Part shown: one piece after another, positions 1-16,500 of the stretch
Numbering within the stretch: the first letter of the stretch is position 1
How the letters are laid out: each line of letters opens with the position of its first letter
Source: Setoptus koraiensis
Taxonomy: Eukaryota; Animalia; Arthropoda
Reading direction: 5' to 3'
DNA: 64,000 nucleotides
Assembly: GCA_048013815.1 (NCBI GenBank)
Contig: CM106585.1
Span: forward strand, 14,198,001-14,262,000
Translations under genes and position numbers: made by a program
Notes under the pieces: generated by a model
What the model saw: only the letters and a program-made list of their open reading frames with translations
Databases searched by the model: none
What the model was told of the DNA's origin: nothing

Positions 1-70
1 ATATTTAAAATTTTAGCTCACACTAATGGTAATTCGTGTGCAGACACTGCTTGTATCTAGTCCTACTCAC

Positions 71-367
71 CCGTATCCCGGTAGATCCATGGCAATCAAA
101 GTGAACTCGTCCAGACTGAGACCACTCTTTTTGTCGAATTGTTGCTCGAATTCGTTTGAGCTGCCTGGTTGCCATAATTGGAGAACAGAATGATACACAT
201 TACAACAACAACAACCAGAGAAAATCTGCACTGTCGATCGCCGGCGATGGGCCCCCCGAAAACTTACCAACAGCTCCATGTAATAACAACACTTTTGATG
301 GTCCATGTCCGTGAATGGTGTAGAATATCTTTTGGTTATCTATTTCAGCATAATTGCCAGTAGCCAT
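71..367 (-). CDS. BPHL: BPHL/valacyclovir hydrolase-like alpha/beta hydrolase, 5' part (exons 367-268 and 164-71; continues off the left edge)
   Basis: Spliced translation MATGNYAEIDNQKIFYTIHGHGPSKVLLLHGAVG/SSNEFEQQFDKKSGLSLDEFTLIAMDLPGYG resembles the BPHL N-terminal pattern (G.G...VLLLPG..G....F..Q......F...A.D..GYG). GTAAGT donor at 267, CAG acceptor at 165, GTGAGT donor at 70. An additional upstream exon is possible. Confidence 0.7.
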
Positions 368-1474
368 TTTTCGCTCGATGTTTGCTGTGTTACTTGGTGA
401 TGAACGGACAGATAAATCAGGGTTCTAAGTTGATTGATTTAAAGTTTGTATCTAGTTTGCGGCACTCCGTTGTTCTTAGTCGCAATAAGTTGGCCTTACG
501 ATGAGATGATCAAAGTGCGACACAAAGAATCCAAATAAGATGTTTCTAGTCGACGCTTACTGTTGCTTTTGCTGTTGTTGAGTGACGAAAATACAACAAC
601 ATTCATACAATTGGTGAGCGGGTATCGAAGATGATACAACTTTATGTGAATAAGAAAGACAATCGAAGCACTACTTAAACCACTCAATAAGCAGGTAACC
701 GCTATTCTTAGTAGACATACAGTCGCATACTCTTTTCGTCACTCTTTATTGCCTTATATCAACCAATGCAATGGTCCGTCAGGAGCTTCTTTTCGAAGCA
801 ACTTTCCCGATGTTAAGCACCACCCGAATAACTAAGATTGCACAACAATCTATTCGCTTCTATGGTGTATTAACTGTAGTATTAGTTACTGTTTCAACGG
901 ACGACGATGACAACTGGTAGCGGTGGTAATCTCACCTGCCGACTGGTGCGACATGTACCTAGCGTCAATGACAAGAACAACTTTTCGAGCGATCAATGAG
1001 CACTCAAAATCAACTGCTATTTTAGATGTTAGCTGTTGGCTGGATAATGAGGGAAGTCATCGTTGCGTGTTGGCTGGTCTCTAGCGTTGGTACCAAACAG
1101 AAACTTGAATTTTAAACAAGCACAGAGATAATAACTAGTCTTGTTCTCTTAAGCTACAAAAACTACTATTTGGTTAGCTAGTGTTTGTTTAATATATCAA
1201 TCACTGATACAATACAATATATATACTATATAACAATTGTTGTTATTATTATTATTATTAATATTATTATTATCATTGTTATTACTATTATGACCAGAGA
1301 GAGAATTCTTTAACCATCCATACTACTGCATCTGCCGCTGCTCACTACTACTGATTCTATCATCTCGCTGCCGCTACTGGTGCTGCTGCTGTCTTGCCAA
1401 TGGCCAGACACACAAACCAACAGTCTACAGCAAGTCACAAATGAGTGACTTCATGACAGAGTCATGCTAGCCAG

Positions 1475-3631
1475 TCATTCATTGTCGATAATGACGACAC
1501 TTGTTGTTTCTTCCCATGAATCTGTTCCTATGAAGCCAGTGCTGTCAAGACAGGCCATGTCAGTAGCATTGGTGGTGGGGACGATGACGATGTTGTTCTC
1601 ATTAGTGTTTGCCGTTGTTGTTGTTGCGTTTGTCGCAGAAGCCGATGACGGTGCTGTTGTTGTAGTAGTGGTGGTGGTGGTGGTGGTTGAGGTTGTTGTT
1701 GTTGTTGTTGTCGACGTAGACAACATGTATCGCTCATAGATTGATCTTAGCCGATATTCGACGTCGCCCAAATGAGGCCTCATGAATCTGTCGCCGTGCC
1801 AGCATTGTGCCATTAGTTGCCAGCATTCGTTGTCGAATTGAGGCAAACGCTCCGGTCTGACACCTTTCCTCACGCAATTCCACAATTGATCCCTAGTTTG
1901 ACATTGTTCAAATATATGTGGCAGTCTAACGTGTCCCGCGCATATATACCAAAATAATATTCCAAAAGCATAAACGTCAACACTATTGTCGTAGCGACCA
2001 CTAAACAGTTCTGGACTCATATGAATTGGTGTGCCCACTATTGAGCCCGACATCATTGCTTCTGGTTTACAAAAGCCGAGATCTGTTATTTTGGCACGAT
2101 TGCTCTGATCCAATAGAACATTCTTCAATTTAATATCCCTGTGCACTAGACCTTGATTATGCAAAAATCTAATACCCTGCACTACGTCAATGGCCACCTG
2201 TAAACGTGACAACCAATCTAGGCCAGATTTGATAGCTGAATATAGATCTCTACTAAGGCGTTCCATAATAAGCAGAACAGCGGGCGTTGTACCGGAACCG
2301 TAACTATGATCAATCACTGAACCATATATGCTAACGATGCGATCGTGTTCCGGTACAGATCTCGTATAATAAAATTCCATTGCTAGATCGTGCCAGTGTT
2401 TATCATCTGGCGGCACAACCGATTTGACGGCACAAGGCGAATAACCTGCCCAAGATTCACAACCATACACTACACCGTATTGGCCCCTACCTATTTCTCT
2501 CTCTAAACAGGGCATTCCATATAAAATGAGATCTATTAATGATGTAGATTCCAGTGCGTATTTGGCCATTCTAGGTGCGTGCATCTTTCTAACTTTCAAT
2601 CTTAGCTCTTCTGTATGTTGTAAACGGCCCGCGTGTTGGGCTTCAAGATCTTTAATTGATTGCAAGAATTGCTCATGTGAAGATCTGAGGCGCTCCTTAA
2701 ACTGTGAACAAATTGACTTAGCTAAACGCCACTCGCTCAAATTATTTATAATATCCAACGCCTGTTGCCTCTTCCAATGTCCATGATGACTGTCTGTAAC
2801 ACTGCCAGAGTCACTTCCGTTGCCGTTACCCATCACTGATCCTGATGATAATTGATCTGATCCGTTCGGGCAATGACCGTTATGTGACCAATGCCAGCCT
2901 AAACTCGTGGGCACCAATTGTTTAATTTTCTCCCATAGAACGCGCAACATAGGCGTACTACCCTTAACTGACACTTCAACTCTATAGGCTGCTGTCAGTA
3001 TTTGTCTCAATGCCATTGAGGCATTAGCCGGTTCGTCGTTTTGTAGACAATTCTGTTCTAGTGCATGTAAACACCTTTCAAGTGTTCCAACATACGAGTT
3101 CCTAAGTGAATCTATTGAGGCTATTAATTTACTTGCTATGGACGTGTTTAATTGAGTCAACACAAACTCTTGTATCTCTTCGCGATAATGCATTCGAATC
3201 TCCACTTGATCTAATATATCCGATTTTATTGAATTTATTGTTTCTCTAATCATGGCACGTATTTCATCTTGTTTGAGATTAGCTATCGACATCATACTAT
3301 TGTACAGTTCTAATTCTTTTTGTTTGGCATATTCAATTCGTTTAGGTGTTACCAGCATGTCCCATGTTAGATCAAACGCAGACAGAACAAATGTCCGAAG
3401 GAAACGAGCATGAAGCTCTCTCAGCATGGTTGTGGCCCTAATCAATGCTATTGGACTATCCGACGATACATTTAATATGTAATTCTCCTCTTGTGGATCC
3501 AACAATATACTGTCCAATTCACCTTTGTTTATAAATTCGCATCTACTTATGTCATCTATGGCCTGCTTTGTATCATAGAATATCCTCTTTAATTGGCTAT
3601 TGGCGCACATTGATTTATTTGTCCACTCCAT
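1475..3631 (-). CDS. DSTYK: Dual serine/threonine and tyrosine protein kinase (DSTYK/RIPK5), single exon, 718 aa
   Basis: Kinase motifs GRGQYGVV, AVK, HRDIKLKNVLL, DLGFCK, GTPIHMSPE; DSTYK-typical VVPPDDKHWHDLAMEFYYTR and TPKRIEYAKQKE..LY coiled-coil region; Thr-rich low-complexity tail. Confidence 0.93.
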   Translation of the reverse strand: MEWTNKSMCANSQLKRIFYDTKQAIDDISRCEFINKGELDSILLDPQEENYILNVSSDSPIALIRATTMLRELHARFLRTFVLSAFDLTWDMLVTPKRIEYAKQKELELYNSMMSIANLKQDEIRAMIRETINSIKSDILDQVEIRMHYREEIQEFVLTQLNTSIASKLIASIDSLRNSYVGTLERCLHALEQNCLQNDEPANASMALRQILTAAYRVEVSVKGSTPMLRVLWEKIKQLVPTSLGWHWSHNGHCPNGSDQLSSGSVMGNGNGSDSGSVTDSHHGHWKRQQALDIINNLSEWRLAKSICSQFKERLRSSHEQFLQSIKDLEAQHAGRLQHTEELRLKVRKMHAPRMAKYALESTSLIDLILYGMPCLEREIGRGQYGVVYGCESWAGYSPCAVKSVVPPDDKHWHDLAMEFYYTRSVPEHDRIVSIYGSVIDHSYGSGTTPAVLLIMERLSRDLYSAIKSGLDWLSRLQVAIDVVQGIRFLHNQGLVHRDIKLKNVLLDQSNRAKITDLGFCKPEAMMSGSIVGTPIHMSPELFSGRYDNSVDVYAFGILFWYICAGHVRLPHIFEQCQTRDQLWNCVRKGVRPERLPQFDNECWQLMAQCWHGDRFMRPHLGDVEYRLRSIYERYMLSTSTTTTTTTSTTTTTTTTTTTAPSSASATNATTTTANTNENNIVIVPTTNATDMACLDSTGFIGTDSWEETTSVVIIDNE

Positions 3632-4233
3632 AATATAATAATAGTAACAACAAATGAGATGTTTTTCTTGCTACTGTACAACTTAACCTCGCATCTTTCG
3701 TTGACCGACATCAGTAGTTGAATGCCAACTAATGTAGATACTGTTTTTTTTATTTATTGTTGTTTATATTGACGATCAATGTTTATGTTAATTTGTTCAC
3801 ATCTCTATCAATAACAACTTCATTGTAACAACAACTTTAAGCTCGACTGTTGAATCACTGCCGCAGTCCATAGAACCGAAGATAACAGCAAACCATTAGA
3901 AAAATAATAAATACATGTTTAGTATATAACAACGATATCGCGATATAAAATCAAACAATGAAAGCCTCATGATGATTACGATAATTTACTGATGGTGATT
4001 AATCTAGTCATCAGAATCTATAACAACTAGTTGATATCGCTCATGTCCGAGGACTGTTTGTAAAAGTTGCCAAACAGATGGCGCTGACATCGTTGGCGTC
4101 GGATACCTAGCAAGTTCAGTAATAACTGTTGAAAACTTCAAATTGTATCTCTATTCAGTTGAACCAGACAATATTCACCATTAGCTATTTTCATAATAAT
4201 GTCGAATCAATCCTATGATAAGTTCAAGTGGGC

Positions 4234-4264
<31 letters not shown>

Positions 4265-4403
4265 GGAGAGAGAGAGAGAGAGGAAAACAAAGAAAGGTAG
4301 GAGAAATACAGTAAACAGGAAATATTGACCGGTAGAATTATGTCTTTATTGATACATAAAAGTAAAAGAAATGTCCACTACAGATGATACAATGTAGCTC
4401 CGT

Positions 4404-6450
<2,047 letters not shown>

Positions 6451-7354
6451 CTAATGTAGCTGTACTGTTTTTGTTCTCGCTATCATGGCGGAATGAACCC
6501 AACTACCAACAGTCTCAAGTATTCGTTGCATGGTGGCAGAGTGCAACTTATCTCAAGCCTGTCCTAAGCATTGGTGATTGTTGTTGTTCTTTTATCTAAA
6601 CTTGTACCAACAGCTCAACTATCAGTTGAGGCTGACATGTTTTTGACTTAACCAAAATAAATCTATCGATACCGTAACTTGTTGGGCTAGACCATATCTT
6701 GGCAACGACTAACAAACAAATGTTGGCGTTACGTCGTTTGTTTGTCTTTATATTAATCAGTCACACAACAACACAAGAGTCACATTACTAGCTTTTAACA
6801 TTTAGCAAGACTCTATAATGATAACGATGTAGAGTCGAGAATGCACTTGATAGCGCGCGTCAAGCTCTTCAAATAAGCGAATAGACAGTTTTTGTTGGAC
6901 GGTCGTGAGTTGGACACTCTTGTGAGTGTCCTCACGTAAGGTTCAATAAAACTCAAAGAGGGCACTGGATGGTGCTCCTTTGAGCTGGGTGTCATATAGT
7001 CAATTCGAGGCGAAGGCAATAGCTAAATGTTGACCTGTTCTCGCATCGAATCGCACACACACACACACACACACACACGCTCTCAGCCTCTGCTTATATT
7101 ACATTATATTGCGGAGTAGCTAGGAAGCTTGCAAGAGCGCTGCCCTCGCCTCAACAAACGATTGCGTTGATGTAATAACAACATTAATAATAACATAGCG
7201 TAACATAGTAGAGAAAAATGTGCACACTATTCAGTCGACCTGTACTCAATTCTATCGAGGCACATAGGCGCGCGCTGTGAACTTGGGATAGACTGCAGTC
7301 TGCAGGATCTACACTCCAGATTCTAGAGTCCGAATAATAATAACAAGTACAGTT

Positions 7355-9168
<1,814 letters not shown>

Positions 9169-9430
9169 AAAAATGTAGTGAGATATACAACACTTAGTTG
9201 TCGATAGGTCGTTTTAATGTAGAATAATAAACTTCTCTTGACCAAGTCGTGAAAGCCACAGTTCATTACGGTATTGCTGATTTTCTAGTATGGGCAGGAA
9301 AACATTACTTCCTAAAACCAACCTTCCATTTGAATGTTTATAAAGTTGAGATCCCGAACGCCATCTCGAGAATTTATTTTCAACCATCGGCACCACTGTG
9401 TCTAACTGCACTGCACCACAGTCAAACATA

Positions 9431-9713
9431 TGGAGGCTATAGATACGCGGACGGGAAAACCGTACCGTGCCTAATACCTGACCGAACGGTATTATTTTTT
9501 TCACTAAAACAATCGCAAATATTCTCATAAGCGGGTGTAAACTGATTGTAAAATTTGTTATGAACCTTATACGATCCATAATTGATGAGTATCACATCAG
9601 CGAATCCGTGGTAGCTCTATGAATACGGCTGGGACAGATGTCGCGGGTAGGGGAGTTTGACCGCTGTTAAACCGCGCGCGGTTACGGTTTCCGCATCTCT
9701 ATCCGTGCCTCCA
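9431..9713. ncRNA. Unassigned structured RNA candidate (or non-autonomous inverted-repeat element)
   Basis: Ends pair over about 30 nt: TGGAGGCTATAGATACGCGGACGGGAAAACCGTACCG (9431-9467) with CGGTTACGGTTTCCGCATCTCTATCCGTGCCTCCA (9679-9713); internal hairpins; fills the intergenic gap between SDHD poly(A) signal and Arp1. Confidence 0.4.
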
Positions 9714-9864
9714 AGGCACGTAATTATGTAAGTGTATAAATACAAATGGATCGCTACACCTCCAGCTAAAATTTATATGTTATTATTATATTATTACCAT
9801 TATTTTTATTTATATAGATTTTTCCGTCACCAGAGGAGCGAGATAAAAATATATTCAATTCAGA

Positions 9865-11110
9865 ATGGAGATGATGGTGAATCAGCCTGTTGTCATTGAC
9901 AATGGATCAGGAACTATTAAGGCCGGTTTTGCTGGGGATGAAGAACCAAAATGTATCATATCAAATCTGGTCGGTCGACCGAAGCATATTCGTGTCATGG
10001 CAGGTGGCTTAGAAGGCGACACTTTCATAGGGAGAAAAGCCGAAGAGCATAGAGGCTTACTTAGTCTCAAATACCCCATGGAGCATGGAACTATTACTGA
10101 TTGGAATGATATGGAACTCATATGGCAGTATATTTATTCTAAAGAACAGCTGCAAACTTTTGCTGAGGAGCATCCAGTCTTAATCACTGAGTCACCAATA
10201 AATCCTAGGCGTAATAGAGAAAGAACTGCTGAAATTTTATTTGAATCCTTCAATGTTCCAGCTTTATTCATATCTATGCAAGCAGTGCTATCGCTATACG
10301 CATCTGGACGTACCACAGGAGTTGTTCTTGATTCCGGGGATGGTATTACTCAAGCCGTTCCAATCTACGAAGGTAAATTGATTTCAACACGTTCAAATTA
10401 CCATCTGCGATTGCACACGAACTAATTCTCATTATCACATTATCGTTTCAATCTTCTTTATTATTTGCATAGGTTTTGCCTTACCGTTATCAATAGTGAG
10501 AACGGAAGTTGCCGGCCGAGATATTACCCGTTTCCTGAAATTTTTGCTCAGAAAAGAAGGGCTAACATTGAATACTACATCTGAGTTTGAAGTTGTTAAA
10601 AAGATGAAAGAACAAACTTGTTATGTAACCTCTAACCCATTGAGAGCTCTAGATGAAATGACGACAGCTGCTGGAGGTGATTTAGAAAAAATGTCCTATC
10701 CTCTACCAGACGGACACGTTATAGATATTGGAGCTAATTCTAGAATAAAAGCGCCAGAGATATTATTTCGACCCGATCTAATCGGAAGCGAATGTGAGGG
10801 TATCCATGAAGTTTTGGTTAACAGTATAGCTAAAAGTGATCTCGATCTGAGAAAGATATTTCTTGAAAACATTGTCCTCAGTGGAGGGAGCACTCTATTC
10901 AAAGGGTTTGGTGAAAGATTATTGAGTGAGGTCAAAAAAGCAGTGCCCAAAAATTCTCATATCAAGATTTATTCATCCCCGAAAAGACTATACTCTACAT
11001 GGACTGGTGGATCAATTTTGGCGAGTTTAGGTACTTTTAAACGAATGTGGGTGTCAAAAAAAGAATACGAAGAAGAAGGACATCGTGCTATTCATAGGAA
11101 AACGTTTTAG
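9865..11110 (+). CDS. ACTR1: Actin-related protein 1 (alpha-centractin, dynactin); exons 9865-10372 and 10473-11110
   Basis: [44 protein letters not shown]-terminal HRKTF are Arp1-specific; 100-bp GT-AG intron joins YEG/FALP in frame. Confidence 0.96.
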
Positions 11111-11286
11111 ATCTTACTCTTTTCGAAAATACGTCAACATCATGTTAATATCAAAAAATATATATGAGATCGAGGAATGTAAGATAAGCTTGTTTTTGTA
11201 TATGTAATTGATATAACTAAAATAATAATAACATTTATGCTTATTTTTGAAATTACAAGCTTGGATCGCAGTCAAAATACATCACT

Positions 11287-12051
11287 TCATGTCGGTTTGT
11301 CCTCAGGTTTAGTTTTATAATGCCTATACTCCTGTTTGAGTTCATACATATTTTTGTTTGGATTTTGCTTTCGATAGTTGCAAATTTCCCTGAGTACCTC
11401 CTTAAGGTAAGGTATGGATTGTTTGGTCTTACTTTCGAGTTCTTTGATATTGTAGAATTGTTTTTGTTCAAAAGCTTGAAATAGTCTTTGTTGAACTATT
11501 TCTTTATCTTCTCTCAATTTCTTGCCCTCATTCTTCTTTCTCATCTCGGCTTCGTGCTCAAGATGTATTGCGGCACGTGGTCTATAGTTTACAGGCGCCT
11601 TATCTAATACAAGAGTGATCCTATTTGGTTTTGCTGCCTCTTTAATTGTATTGCTCTTTAGACTCATGTATGATTTGTCTCCTAATGGTCTAAATCTGCC
11701 TTCTTGGGTTACTTCACCCTCAATGGCCACCTTTTCGCTGGATGATTGAGTTTTAGTGTGTGAGAATACGGCCATAGTTTGGTGTTGTGGCGGTGTCAAA
11801 TGAACACTATGCTGCTCAGGTAGTTCTTCGTTGTCCTTTTTGGCCTCCTGAATCAATTTTTTGTCAGTTATAAATTTGACATCTAGTTTGCCCATTTTGG
11901 AGATCTGCAGTTTGCCTAGTTCTGTTTTTGGAGGTGCCTTCTTCCAAGAATTAGCAACATATTTGGGCACTTTAACAATCCATACGCTCCTGATATTGGT
12001 GCAATCGAGATCATTGTCGGCTGTCGTTTGCTTGCTTGTGCTAGCTGCCAT
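11287..12051 (-). CDS. GTF2F2: General transcription factor IIF subunit 2 (TFIIF-beta/RAP30), single exon, 254 aa from first fitting ATG
   Basis: VWIVKVPKYV..W N-terminal motif; winged-helix C-terminus LFQAFEQKQFYNIKEL...TKQ....LKEVLREI..Y......N.YELK.EY. Confidence 0.93.
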   Translation of the reverse strand: MAASTSKQTTADNDLDCTNIRSVWIVKVPKYVANSWKKAPPKTELGKLQISKMGKLDVKFITDKKLIQEAKKDNEELPEQHSVHLTPPQHQTMAVFSHTKTQSSSEKVAIEGEVTQEGRFRPLGDKSYMSLKSNTIKEAAKPNRITLVLDKAPVNYRPRAAIHLEHEAEMRKKNEGKKLREDKEIVQQRLFQAFEQKQFYNIKELESKTKQSIPYLKEVLREICNYRKQNPNKNMYELKQEYRHYKTKPEDKPT

Positions 12052-13504
12052 GGTGATGATTTGTCTATTCCCAATGACTGACTGAACTAACTTTGTGGAT
12101 GAAATTTGTGAACAGTAAGTATATAAATTTGGTTGTGATATGCCGGGTGATTGGATGCTAGATAAATAGTCGAAATGATGTCGATAGGTTGTTGACAAAA
12201 ATACTGTTGGCGTAAAATGGTAGAAATATCCCAACCAATTCTGACCACTGGAAAGCAATCGATGCACAGGAATGCATTTTCACAGGAACTGTGCCGTTGT
12301 GGACACACAGAATTTTCCGTGAATGTGTATGGGAGAGAGAACAGAGAGAGAGAGAGAGGGCTCGAAACGGACAACAACCATCTGACAGTGTGAGCGCAGC
12401 GGCTCGGAGTACTGATTTAGAAGAGCCGACATTGGAAACATTTTGCGTCGATGCAGGCTTACAGTGCGGTTTGTGTGTCTGTTTCAGCCACTACCAAGCC
12501 TGGTCTGTGCGTGTATGCGCAATCGAATGATTTGAGTGTGAGTATTTTGTGTGTGTGTGTGTGTGTGTGTGCGTGTGTTTGTGTTTGTATAGGGTGGTGC
12601 ATCCAAGCGGTTCTAAAAATGTCAGCTATCCAGCACGTTGTGCTGCACAAAGGCACAGATCGTTTGATGTGCAAGCTGCGCCGCTGAAAGATACATAAAA
12701 CAGCGTCGCATTTGAGTCTAACAAACTTGTGTCTTGTCTGGCTCACTGTGCTCACCCATACGTTCTGTGCTTGCGTAACATTGGCCGTACATTTTAGGAA
12801 TGCACTGCGGAATCTGCTTTCAGTAAACAGTGCATTGTGATAGAATTGGGACCACTTGCTTGCAGCACCCTATACGTTTTCTCTCCCTTTCTTCTCTGCC
12901 CTCTCTCTTTCCTTGAATTTGTTATTGTACGAGTGTTTGTGAGCCTGTGCGTGTGTCAGTGTGTTGTGTAAAAGTGTTCTTCATAAGCGTGCACTAACAA
13001 ACTATTTTCCAGCTTACTGGAACCATCTAGCTTATTACACATATGAATTTACTTTCTCCCACTCCTAGTCTGATACATTCGTCAATGTGAATGTATGAGC
13101 ATCATCGACAACACATACATGTATATATATAAATGTATTTATATATATCTACATGTATTTACACATATAGTTGTGTAACTAAAATGTGTATTCATCATCC
13201 TCGTCAAAGATATTTAAACTAACTAGGCAACCAACTATAAATCAATTAGTCGTTAAATGCGATTGCCACCACAATCAACAATAATATTATCAACTAGCAC
13301 ACAGGGACAGCGTGGGGGCGCAAACTTTTACTCGAAGCCTAGAGAAGGTACCAGAAGAAACGATGATCGGAACATCGTCGACCAATATTATAGACCATTA
13401 TAGCGACAGCTTAAACTAAGCTCATCACTAATTTAAGCACAACTCACTCACTCATTTACAACCATTATCCTGGCATCGTTAACATTTTTTCATAACATCT
13501 CATT

Positions 13505-16500
13505 ATGGCCTCACTCATGGGTGATGGAACCATGGTGAATGGAACCAAGAGAACTAGAACATTGAATGACCTTAATCAGGCTCAACAACAAGCTGATTCG
13601 GGATTCCATAATCTGGCAGAATTGGCGCACAGAGAATACTCCTCGGGCGATTATGATAACGCCGAAAGACACTGCATGCAATTATGGCGTCAAGATCAAA
13701 CCAACACAGGTGTTCTACTATTATTATCATCCATACACTTTCAATGCAGACGCTTAGACAAATCAGCCCATTTCAGTTCATTGGCTATCAAGGAGAATCC
13801 CACTCTAGCCGAGGCATACTCAAATCTTGGAAACGTCTACAAAGAGAGAGGACAGCTACCGGAGGCATTGGAAAACTACAAGCACGCTGTTAGGCTAAAA
13901 CCAGACTTCATAGATGGTTACATCAATCTTGCCGCAGCCCTTGTTGCTGCCGGTGACATGGAACAAGCCGTCCAAGCTTACGTATCGGCACTACAATATA
14001 ATCCAGACTTGTATTGTGTCAGGAGCGATTTAGGTAATCTATTAAAAGCCCTAGGAAGACTTGATGAAGCCAAAGCGTGTTATCTTAAGGCAATTGAAGC
14101 TTGTCCCACCTTTGCTGTTGCATGGAGTAACCTGGGTTGCGTTTTCAATGCGCAAGGTGAAATATGGTTGGCTATTCATCATTTTGAAAAGGCTGTGGCG
14201 CTGGATCCAAATTTTCTCGATGCATATATCAATTTAGGTAACGTACTTAAAGAAGCCAGAATATTTGATAGGGCATCCGATGCCTACTTGAGGGCCCTCA
14301 ATCTAAGTCAAAACAATGCAGTTGTCAATGGTAACCTAGCTTGTGTTTACTACGAACAAGGTCTTATAGACATGGCTATAGATACATATAGAAGAGCTAT
14401 TGAACTACAACCAAACTTTCCTGATGCTTATTGTAATCTGGCGAACGCTCTTAAAGAAAAAGGTAGAGTCTTCGAAGCTGAAGACTGCTACAACACAGCG
14501 CTCAAATTATGTCCAACTCATGCTGATTCATTGAACAATCTAGCCAATATCAAGAGGGAACGAGGATATATTGATGAAGCAACAGCTTTATATTTGAAAG
14601 CCCTGGACGCATTTCCTGAATTTGCAGCAGCTCACTCAAACTTAGCATCCGTCCTACAGCAGCAGGGAAATCTTTCAGAAGCCATATTCCATTACAAGGA
14701 GGCTATAAGGATTTCTCCCACATTCGCAGATGCCTACTCAAACATGGGCAATACTCTAAAAGAGCTAGGTGATGTTCAGGGTGCCCTTCAATGTTACTCC
14801 CGAGCTATTCAAATCAACCCATCATTCGCAGATGCTCACTCCAATCTCGCGTCTATACATAAAGATTCAGGCAATGTTGCCGAAGCTATCTCAGCATATA
14901 GGACAGCTTTAAAGTTGAAACCTGACTTCCCTGATGCGTTCTGCAACCTCGCTCATTGTCTTCAAATAATTTGTGATTGGGGAGATTATGAGAATAGAAT
15001 GCGAAAATTAGTCATGATTGTTGGTGAACAGCTGCAAAGGAACAGACTTCCATCAGTTCATCCTCACCACTCTATGTTATACCCTCTTTCTCATGATTAT
15101 AGAAAGGCTATAGCTGCGCGGCATGCCTCTCTTTGTATTGAGAAAGTGTCGGTACTTCATAAAGCACCGTTTGATTTTTCGGAACATCGTGGACAAACAC
15201 CGAAACGTCTCAGAATCGGATATGTTAGCTCTGATTTCGGAAATCATCCTACATCACATCTAATGCAAAGTGTTCCTGGATTGCACAACAGAGAAATAGT
15301 GGAGATATTTTGCTATGCTCTATCTCCAGACGATGGTACTAAATTCAGGTCCAAAATCAAAAAAGAAAGTGATCATTTTATAGATGTATCGTCTATCTCT
15401 TGCAATGGCAAGGTCGCCGATAGAATATACAACGATAAGATACACATTTTAGTGAATATGAATGGCTATACGAAAGGTGCTCGCAATGAAATATTCGCTT
15501 TAAAGCCAGCACCCATTCAGGTCATGTGGTTAGGCTACCCGGGCACTAGCGGGGCTTCTTATATGGATTATATAATCACAGATCGTATCACATCCCCACT
15601 GCATCTAGCGGACCAGTATTCCGAGAAACTAGCCTACATGCCGGAGACATTTTTCCTCGGTGATCACAAACAAATGTTCCCTCATCTGATAGAACGTGTT
15701 ATCTTATCAGAATGTGGTTCAATCCGAGAGGAGACATCTATAGCTTCTGATGGTTCAAATAAGATTGATAGAATTGTTGCACCACCAGATAATGTTAGTA
15801 TAGTCAACGCAACAGATTTATCTCCTATCATAGAAAAAGCCGAAATTAAAAGGATTCATGAAGTTTCTGTGGTAACCCAACCCAACGATAGTGACATCAG
15901 TATCAATCATCACGTGAAGACTGTTGCTCAATTTCCAACTACATTGCCTGTACAAGCCATGATATCTCAGGGTCAGATACAAACGTCCGTTAATGGTGTT
16001 GTCGTTCAGAATGGCCTTGCAACTACCCAGATGAACAATAAAGCATCCACTGGAGAGGAAGCACCCAACTCAATAGTTGTAACTTCCAGGCAGCAATATA
16101 ATTTACCTGAAAGTGCTGTAATTTATTGTAATTTCAATCAGCTATACAAGATCGATCCAGTGACACTCGGTGTTTGGGTCAACATTCTGAAGAGAGTCCC
16201 AAACAGTGTTCTTTGGTTGTTGAGATTCCCATTAATAGGTGAACAAAATATCATCGCAGCAGCTACAAAAATGGGTTTATCCTCAGGCAGATTAATATTC
16301 TCCAATGTGGCTGCTAAGGAGGAGCATGTTCGACGTGGTCAGCTCGCAGATGTTTGCTTGGACACTCCGTTATGTAACGGTCATACAACGGGTATGGATG
16401 TCGTTTGGGCTGGAACTCCGATGGTTACATTGCCTGGTGAGACGCTTGCATCCAGGGTCGCTTCATCACAACTGCATTGTTTAGGTACACCAGAATTGAT

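Noticed and set aside
9214-9579. 121-aa minus-strand ORF (and 93-aa plus-strand ORF 9249-9530) between SDHD and Arp1
   Set aside because: No recognisable family; both overlap the structured inverted-repeat element, which better explains the sequence.
12052-12267. 72-aa N-terminal extension of TFIIF-beta in the ORF track
   Set aside because: Begins at a non-ATG codon and shows no similarity; ATG at 12051 gives the expected length.
12291-12755. Short ORFs over (GA)n and (GT)n tracts
   Set aside because: Translations are dominated by microsatellite-derived RE/CV/HT runs; likely UTR/promoter DNA.
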